A DNA stretch of 64,000 nucleotides from Flavobacteriales bacterium (GTDB lineage Bacteria; Bacteroidota; Bacteroidia; Palsa-965), in contig JBEIPA010000010.1 in the NCBI GenBank assembly GCA_040377305.1, positions 96,001 through 160,000 of the forward strand, given 5' to 3'. The notes beneath the pieces were generated by a model. The model did not search any database. It was not told the DNA's origin and saw only the letters and a list, made by a program, of their open reading frames with translations. Made by a program: the position numbers and the translations under genes. Positions 58,457 through 64,000 of the stretch are shown piece after piece; the stretch's first letter is position 1; each line of letters opens with the position of its first letter.

Positions 58457-59860
58457 ATGGCTAAAAGAGGAACATTTAAAATGCGTCGCGCACTGGCTTA
58501 CCTGCAGTTCGTAGTATTTGGTGCTGTGTTGTCTGCGGTTGGTGTGTGGTTTTTCCTGACACCGAAACTCGCAACATCTGATGAAGAGAAAAGAAAACTC
58601 GCGCAGTTTCCGCAGTACAGCGACGACTCTCTTTTCTTCGGTCACTACATTGATAGCCTCGATCTGTATGTGGCGGATCATTTCCCGATGCGAAATGAAT
58701 GGGTCGATTTCGCAACGAAGCTGAAAGGTTACCGTGGAATCAAGAATGATGAAATTGCATTCTACGACGCATCTGACATCAAGAAAAATGATCCGGTTGA
58801 AACGGTTAAGCACACGGATACGATGGGCGGAGATTCTGCAGTGGTTGACACAGCTGCAGGTCCTCCGGGAGAAGAAGTGAACAATCTCTTCATCGTTGAA
58901 GGTCGTGCGATGGAAATCTTCGGTGGCAATTGCAAGATGGCGGAATCGTATGCAAAAGCGATCAACAAATACCAGACGGAACTTGGATCAACCGGCGTTC
59001 GTATTTATGATGTTGCTGTTCCGTCGTCGATCGAATTCTTCGCACCGAATCAATACAAGAAACAATATTCAACCGAGAAGAAGAATATTGATTGTGTGTA
59101 TGGGGCGCTTGATCCTACGGTTAAAGGTGTAGATGCGCACGGAGCTTTGCTGGCGCACACGCGTGAGAATATTTATTTCAGAACGGATCACCACTGGACA
59201 GGACTTGGTGCGTATTACGCATATACGGCCTATTGCGAATCGGCCGGACTTACCGCATTGCGTTTGGATCAAATGGAGCACAAACAGAAAACAGGATATC
59301 TCGGTTCTTTGTATTGGTTAACCCGGGATGCGCGATTGAAAGACGCACCGGATACTGTTGATTACTGGAAAATTCCAGGAAAGTACACTTCAACGTGTTA
59401 CAACAAAGGAAGTATGACCAAAGGCTTTAAAGGCTCCATTTATGCTGAAGGTGCGAGTGGCGCGAACGGATATGGCGTGTTTCTTGGAGGAGATTGGCCA
59501 TTGATGAAGATTGAGAACGATGTGAAGAACGGCAAGAAGTGTGTACTCGTAAAGAATTCTTATGGTAATCCATTCGCGACCTATTTGCCGTATCACTACG
59601 AAACCGTGTATGTGATTGATTATCGTTATTACACCGGCAGTCTGAAACAATTGATTATCGATGAGAAAATTACTGATTTGGTTTTTCTGAATGGCGTGTT
59701 CTCAATTAACACTTCCTGGCACATTCAGATGGTTGGCAAAATCATGAATGGTGTTGGTAAGTCCGTTCCTAAAAATCCGGTCGACGACACCACAAAACCG
59801 AAGAAAGACAGTATCATTGAGAATAAGAATGATACCATTCCGAAAAAAGATCCGGAGTAG
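58457..59860 (+). CDS. DHHW-family (AlgJ/AlgX-like SGNH) periplasmic O-acetyltransferase component
   Basis: N-terminal TM, EKRKLAQFP, YFRTDHHWTGLGAY, VKNSYGN, IDYRY. Confidence 0.85.
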   Translation: MAKRGTFKMRRALAYLQFVVFGAVLSAVGVWFFLTPKLATSDEEKRKLAQFPQYSDDSLFFGHYIDSLDLYVADHFPMRNEWVDFATKLKGYRGIKNDEIAFYDASDIKKNDPVETVKHTDTMGGDSAVVDTAAGPPGEEVNNLFIVEGRAMEIFGGNCKMAESYAKAINKYQTELGSTGVRIYDVAVPSSIEFFAPNQYKKQYSTEKKNIDCVYGALDPTVKGVDAHGALLAHTRENIYFRTDHHWTGLGAYYAYTAYCESAGLTALRLDQMEHKQKTGYLGSLYWLTRDARLKDAPDTVDYWKIPGKYTSTCYNKGSMTKGFKGSIYAEGASGANGYGVFLGGDWPLMKIENDVKNGKKCVLVKNSYGNPFATYLPYHYETVYVIDYRYYTGSLKQLIIDEKITDLVFLNGVFSINTSWHIQMVGKIMNGVGKSVPKNPVDDTTKPKKDSIIENKNDTIPKKDPE

Positions 59861-59894
59861 TCCGATTTTTTATCGGGTTGAAATCGAAAAGTAA

Positions 59895-61433
59895 ATGAGG
59901 AGAAGGAATAAAATATTGGTTGGAGGATTTGGCATTGTTGCCATGTGTTGTGTTGCCGGTTGGATTTTCGGTTTTCAAACATGCAATGCGGTTCAGAGTG
60001 CAAATGAAAATCCACCGAAGTCGAAGTTTCAGGTAACGCTTGATACGTCGATTGCGCCTGTCATTCACCTCGAGTATAATTTTATTCAGTTTTATTCGCG
60101 GGCAGCACTCGACAATTTTTACAAAGCGTGGAACACCACCGGTGAGCATAAGCTTTCTGTTGTACATCTCGGTGATTCACATTTGCAGTCGGATTATTTC
60201 CCGGGGCAAATCCGGAAAAATCTTCAGGGCTTGCATGGTGATGGCGGAAGAGGAACGTGTTTCCCCTATTCGGCTGCAGCAACGTATTCTTCGAATGAAT
60301 ACAAGTCGGAACACACCGGAGAATGGGAATGGGGAAAGAGTTTGCGCCTTCCACCAAAAGTTCCGCTGGGTGTAATCGGAATGGCCGTTCGTACTTCGAA
60401 AGCCGGAAATGGATTCACGTTGACATTCGATGATCCGGTTCCTAACACATACGATCGTTTGCGCATTTACTGCAAGAAGCAACACAACAGTTTTGATCTG
60501 CAAGTTGATTTCGGTGATGGCAAACCCGTGACAGTTGCGATTGATTCTTCTTCAACAGATTCATTGCCCTACTACGAAATCAAAATGCCGGCAATGGGTA
60601 ACGTGTTGAAGACAACAACCGTGAAGGCAAACGCTTTTGAAACTGAATTCGAGTTTTATGGATTCACCATGGAGTGTTCGGAAGACAAAGGCGCAGTGGT
60701 TCACAACTGTGGTGTTGGTGGTGCGATGTATCGTTCCATTCTGTATGAAGCACTTTTCCAGCAGCAGCTTCCTACGCTGGAGCCGGATATTGTAATCGTT
60801 GACTTCGGAACAAACGATTATCTCTATGACGATAGCATCAAAACTGATCTTGATACGCAGATTGTGCAGACCATTCAGCGTATTCGAGCGGTGTGTCCGA
60901 ATGCAAGCATTATTCTTACCTCTGCGCAAGACATGTATTGGAGAAAAGTGAATCTTGAAAAAGGTGAAGACTTTTCTGACCTCATTCACAGCATTGCAAA
61001 GAGGTACGATTGCGGAATGTTCGATTGGTACTGGGTTTCCGGAGGACGTACTGCGATGTCGCGTTTCATGGACAAAGGTTATGCGAATCCGGATGGAATT
61101 CACATGTCGCCCAAAGGTTATCGTCTCAAAGGCGATTTGCTTACGGATGCTATGGTGAAAACTGTTAAGTGGATGGAAGATAATCCGACCGGCGATTCAT
61201 TGGTGTGTAACACAGATTCGATTTCCGCGTTTCAGAAAAAAGTGCTGTTGTCAGATTCTACGCGCAACTCTCCATTGGGGAAACCATTCCCTCACTATGT
61301 AAAGAGCGGTGAAACACTTGGAGGTATTGCACGAAAATACGGTGTTACTGTTGCTCAAATTAAAAAGTGGAACAACCTGAAAAGCGATCGGATTAATGTG
61401 AAGCAGCGGTTGTTGATTTATCGGAAGAAGTAG
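59895..61433 (+). CDS. SGNH/GDSL hydrolase with C-terminal LysM (Ape/PatB-like)
   Basis: HLGDSH, GVGGA, FGTND, DGIH; LysM VKSGETLGGIARKYGVTVAQIKKWN. Confidence 0.85.
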   Translation: MRRRNKILVGGFGIVAMCCVAGWIFGFQTCNAVQSANENPPKSKFQVTLDTSIAPVIHLEYNFIQFYSRAALDNFYKAWNTTGEHKLSVVHLGDSHLQSDYFPGQIRKNLQGLHGDGGRGTCFPYSAAATYSSNEYKSEHTGEWEWGKSLRLPPKVPLGVIGMAVRTSKAGNGFTLTFDDPVPNTYDRLRIYCKKQHNSFDLQVDFGDGKPVTVAIDSSSTDSLPYYEIKMPAMGNVLKTTTVKANAFETEFEFYGFTMECSEDKGAVVHNCGVGGAMYRSILYEALFQQQLPTLEPDIVIVDFGTNDYLYDDSIKTDLDTQIVQTIQRIRAVCPNASIILTSAQDMYWRKVNLEKGEDFSDLIHSIAKRYDCGMFDWYWVSGGRTAMSRFMDKGYANPDGIHMSPKGYRLKGDLLTDAMVKTVKWMEDNPTGDSLVCNTDSISAFQKKVLLSDSTRNSPLGKPFPHYVKSGETLGGIARKYGVTVAQIKKWNNLKSDRINVKQRLLIYRKK

Positions 61434-61498
61434 GCAAGTCACTAAGTATTTAAGTAGGCAAGTCTGTTGAAATTATACGTGAGCCTTGCACGACTCGC

Positions 61499-62752
61499 CT
61501 ACTTAGTAACTTTCTCACTTAAGACTTTGTAAAGCATCATCAACGCTGTCTGTCCGCTTCGCTGAATATTTCTCTCGCGGTTGTCTCCGAACTGAAACAC
61601 CTTCGCTTCTACTCCGTCTTTCGAAGCGACAGCAATCCAAACAGTGCCTACGGGTTTTTCGGTTGTTCCTCCACCGGGTCCTGCAATTCCGGTTGTGGAG
61701 ATTGCAAAATCGGCTCCGAGTTTTTTGCGGACATTTTCTGCCATCATAATGGCTACTTCCTCGCTCACCGCTCCAACTTTATTCATGAGTTCCATCGGAA
61801 TTCCTAACAAACTCTCTTTCGCTTCGTATGCATACGTGAGTGTACTTCCTATATAGTAAGCAGAACTGCCAGCCACAGAAGTGATGAGATGTGAAATGTA
61901 TCCGCCGGTGCAACTCTCTGCAGTAACTACCGTTTGTTTCCGTTCGGTAAGTATTTTTCCAACGATTTCCTGAATGGAAGTGTCTTCGGTTGCAAAAATA
62001 TATTTGCCAATCAATGCCGGCAGTTCAGCAATCTTCGCATCTACTTTCTTCTGCAATTCATCACGATCGCCACCATGCGCTGTTAAACGCAAACGAACTT
62101 GTCCGGGCGAAGGAAGATAAGCAAGTCCGATATTGAGTTTCCTCACGGATGCCTCCCATTCTTCCAATGTATCAGAAAGCCAGGATTCACCAATACCTTG
62201 TGTCATCACCGTGCGATGGTAAATTGCCGGCAATGAAAACTTCTCACGCAGTTTTGGCAGAACACTATCTGTGAACATCGATTTCATTTCATACGGAACT
62301 CCCGGCATGGAAACAATAATCTTACCTTCTCTTTCAAACCACATTCCTGGCGCTGTTCCGTTTGCATTGTAAACAGGAATGCAACCTTCGGGAATTTCAC
62401 ATTGCGTTCTGTTCGTTGGCGTTACTTCGCGGCCAAACTTTGCGAACAATTCTGTGATGTGCTTCAAAACTGTTTCATCGAAACGCATTTTCATCCCGAA
62501 GTAACTTGCCAGTGTTTGTTTCGTGAGATCGTCTTTGGTTGGACCAAGTCCGCCCGTGAGCAGAATTATGTCTGCACGTTTTTGTGCTTCGGTGAGCGCT
62601 TCCTTAATATGGTCCGGAGAATCGGAGACCGCGGTTTTCTGAACAACACGAATGCCGTTAAAGGTTAACTGTTGACCAAGAAAAGCAGAGTTCGTATCCA
62701 CGACCTGCCCGATTAATAGCTCATCGCCAATTGTAATTATCTCTGCGTTCAT
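61499..62752 (-). CDS. cinA: CinA (MoCF-binding plus PncC NMN deamidase)
   Basis: IGDELLIGQVVDTN, TGGLGPTKDD, AESCTGG, TTGIAGPGGG. Confidence 0.95.
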   Translation of the reverse strand: MNAEIITIGDELLIGQVVDTNSAFLGQQLTFNGIRVVQKTAVSDSPDHIKEALTEAQKRADIILLTGGLGPTKDDLTKQTLASYFGMKMRFDETVLKHITELFAKFGREVTPTNRTQCEIPEGCIPVYNANGTAPGMWFEREGKIIVSMPGVPYEMKSMFTDSVLPKLREKFSLPAIYHRTVMTQGIGESWLSDTLEEWEASVRKLNIGLAYLPSPGQVRLRLTAHGGDRDELQKKVDAKIAELPALIGKYIFATEDTSIQEIVGKILTERKQTVVTAESCTGGYISHLITSVAGSSAYYIGSTLTYAYEAKESLLGIPMELMNKVGAVSEEVAIMMAENVRKKLGADFAISTTGIAGPGGGTTEKPVGTVWIAVASKDGVEAKVFQFGDNRERNIQRSGQTALMMLYKVLSEKVTK

Positions 62753-62980
62753 TTACGCGAAGGTACATAGCCAATAGCTGATAGCTGAAAACTGAGTTGT
62801 GATTTTGAGCTTTTGTTGAAGTTCAATACCTATTTCCACGGATCAGCTATCAGTTTTCAGCTATCAACTCTCATTTTGGCAAACAATTTGTATGTTTATG
62901 TACTTCAACCACTAACCATTTTGTAATCCTGCTGTAAACCATCAGGATTTACCAATTCAAAAATTGAAAAACATACTCCA

Positions 62981-63727
62981 ATGAGTAAAAAATTAGCCGT
63001 ATTAATTCTTGCCTGTGGAGTCCTTTTCGCAGCATGTAAAGACCTTGAAAAATTGGCTGCCGATGGGCAAAAAGCTCTTGAGCAGGCAGGTGGAGCCGGT
63101 GCTCTGACCAATGGAGAAGCCGTAAACGGACTTAAAGAAGCCCTCAAACAGGGTGCAAACAAGTCGGCAAGCTCTGCTTCACAAACCGACGGTTTCTACA
63201 AGAACCCAGCGATCTTTATTCCCTTCCCTCCTGCTGCACAGAAGGTGAAAGACAATGCATTAAAAGTCGGATTGTCGGCTCAGGTGACCAAGTTTGAAGA
63301 AACGCTGAACCGCGCTGCAGAAGAAGCTGCTAAATCGGCGGCACCTGTGTTCATCAACGCCATTACATCAATGACGCTGGGTGATGGACTCGGAATCCTA
63401 CGCGGATCTGATACTGCTGCAACAAACTATCTCCGTACAAAATGTACCGACTCTTTGATGTTCCGTTTCCGTCCTATCGTGAACAACGCAACAAAGAAAG
63501 TTGAACTCACCAAATACTGGACTCCACTTGCAACTGCATACAACAAGATTCCACTGGTGACTCCAATCAATCCGGATCTGGATGCTTACGTTTGTGAGCG
63601 GGCGATCAGCGGATTGTTTAAGCTGGTGGGCGACGAAGAGAAGAACATTCGTACAAACCCGCTTGCACGTACTTCTGATATTCTGAAAAAAGTGTTCGGA
63701 TCGAAAGAGAATCCGCATAATAAGTAG
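62981..63727 (+). CDS. DUF4197 lipoprotein
   Basis: Lipobox FAAC, GLKEALKQG, LNRAAE, GLFKLV..EE..IR.NP. Confidence 0.9.
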   Translation: MSKKLAVLILACGVLFAACKDLEKLAADGQKALEQAGGAGALTNGEAVNGLKEALKQGANKSASSASQTDGFYKNPAIFIPFPPAAQKVKDNALKVGLSAQVTKFEETLNRAAEEAAKSAAPVFINAITSMTLGDGLGILRGSDTAATNYLRTKCTDSLMFRFRPIVNNATKKVELTKYWTPLATAYNKIPLVTPINPDLDAYVCERAISGLFKLVGDEEKNIRTNPLARTSDILKKVFGSKENPHNK

Positions 63728-63762
63728 GAAGTTATTAAGTCATTAAGTAGGCGAGTCGATAA

Positions 63763-63811
63763 ACTCAAATAGAAAAACCGGACCTCTACGATCCGGTTTT
63801 TCTATTTGAGT
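63763..63811. terminator. 20-bp perfect stem between convergent genes
   Basis: ACTCAAATAGAAAAACCGGA-9nt-TCCGGTTTTTCTATTTGAGT. Confidence 0.75.
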
Positions 63812-63864
63812 ATATATAGGAACTATTTTGACTTGCCTACATAAAAACTTATTGACTTAATGAC

Positions 63865-64000
63865 TCAGAACGTATACGCTCCACCCATATCAAGTCCGTC
63901 AAACTTCCCAACGCTTGGCTTGATGCTCAGCACTGGAATCTTGGAGTGATTCACAATTTGTTTTGCACGATTGCCCAGGAAAATTCCGTTCATCGCTGAC
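63865..64000 (-). CDS. Universal stress protein, C-terminal fragment (runs off window end)
   Basis: Manual translation ...GIFLGNRAKQIVNHSKIPVLSIKP...TF*. Confidence 0.7.
   Translation of the reverse strand, partial: SAMNGIFLGNRAKQIVNHSKIPVLSIKPSVGKFDGLDMGGAYTF

Overview
A Bacteroidota chromosomal window, inferred from TAnnTTTG promoters, T9SS cargo, a TonB-dependent receptor, DUF4295/bL38 and D-S/T glycosylation sequons. Most of it is housekeeping and envelope genes: hutI-ftcd, a fused E1 2-oxoacid dehydrogenase, ndh, aroQ, xerD, yhhQ, bioB/F/D/A, trmD, rplS, bshC, a two-component pair, an S46 peptidase, rimO, three tandem SpoIIE/PP2C sensors, ftsY-bL38-rpmG, rpmB, an MBOAT/DHHW/SGNH-LysM O-acetylation cluster and cinA. 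The standout is a ~1 kb module between yhhQ and bioA (19962-20978). It holds an ORF6N-domain DNA-binding gene and eight copies of a 27-bp palindrome, CTTGAGGTRCCAA-N-TTGGYACCTCAAG. Six copies form a CRISPR-like array upstream, one lies in frame inside the gene itself (encoding LRYQIGTSS), and one lies downstream and supplies the bioA stop codon. Other observations: an 18-bp box shared by two promoters at the TCS locus, many probably leaderless genes, two tiny lipoproteins packed with glycosylation sequons, a candidate structured sRNA, and dispersed heptamer/octamer intergenic repeats. All family assignments are from motif recognition by eye; no searches were run.
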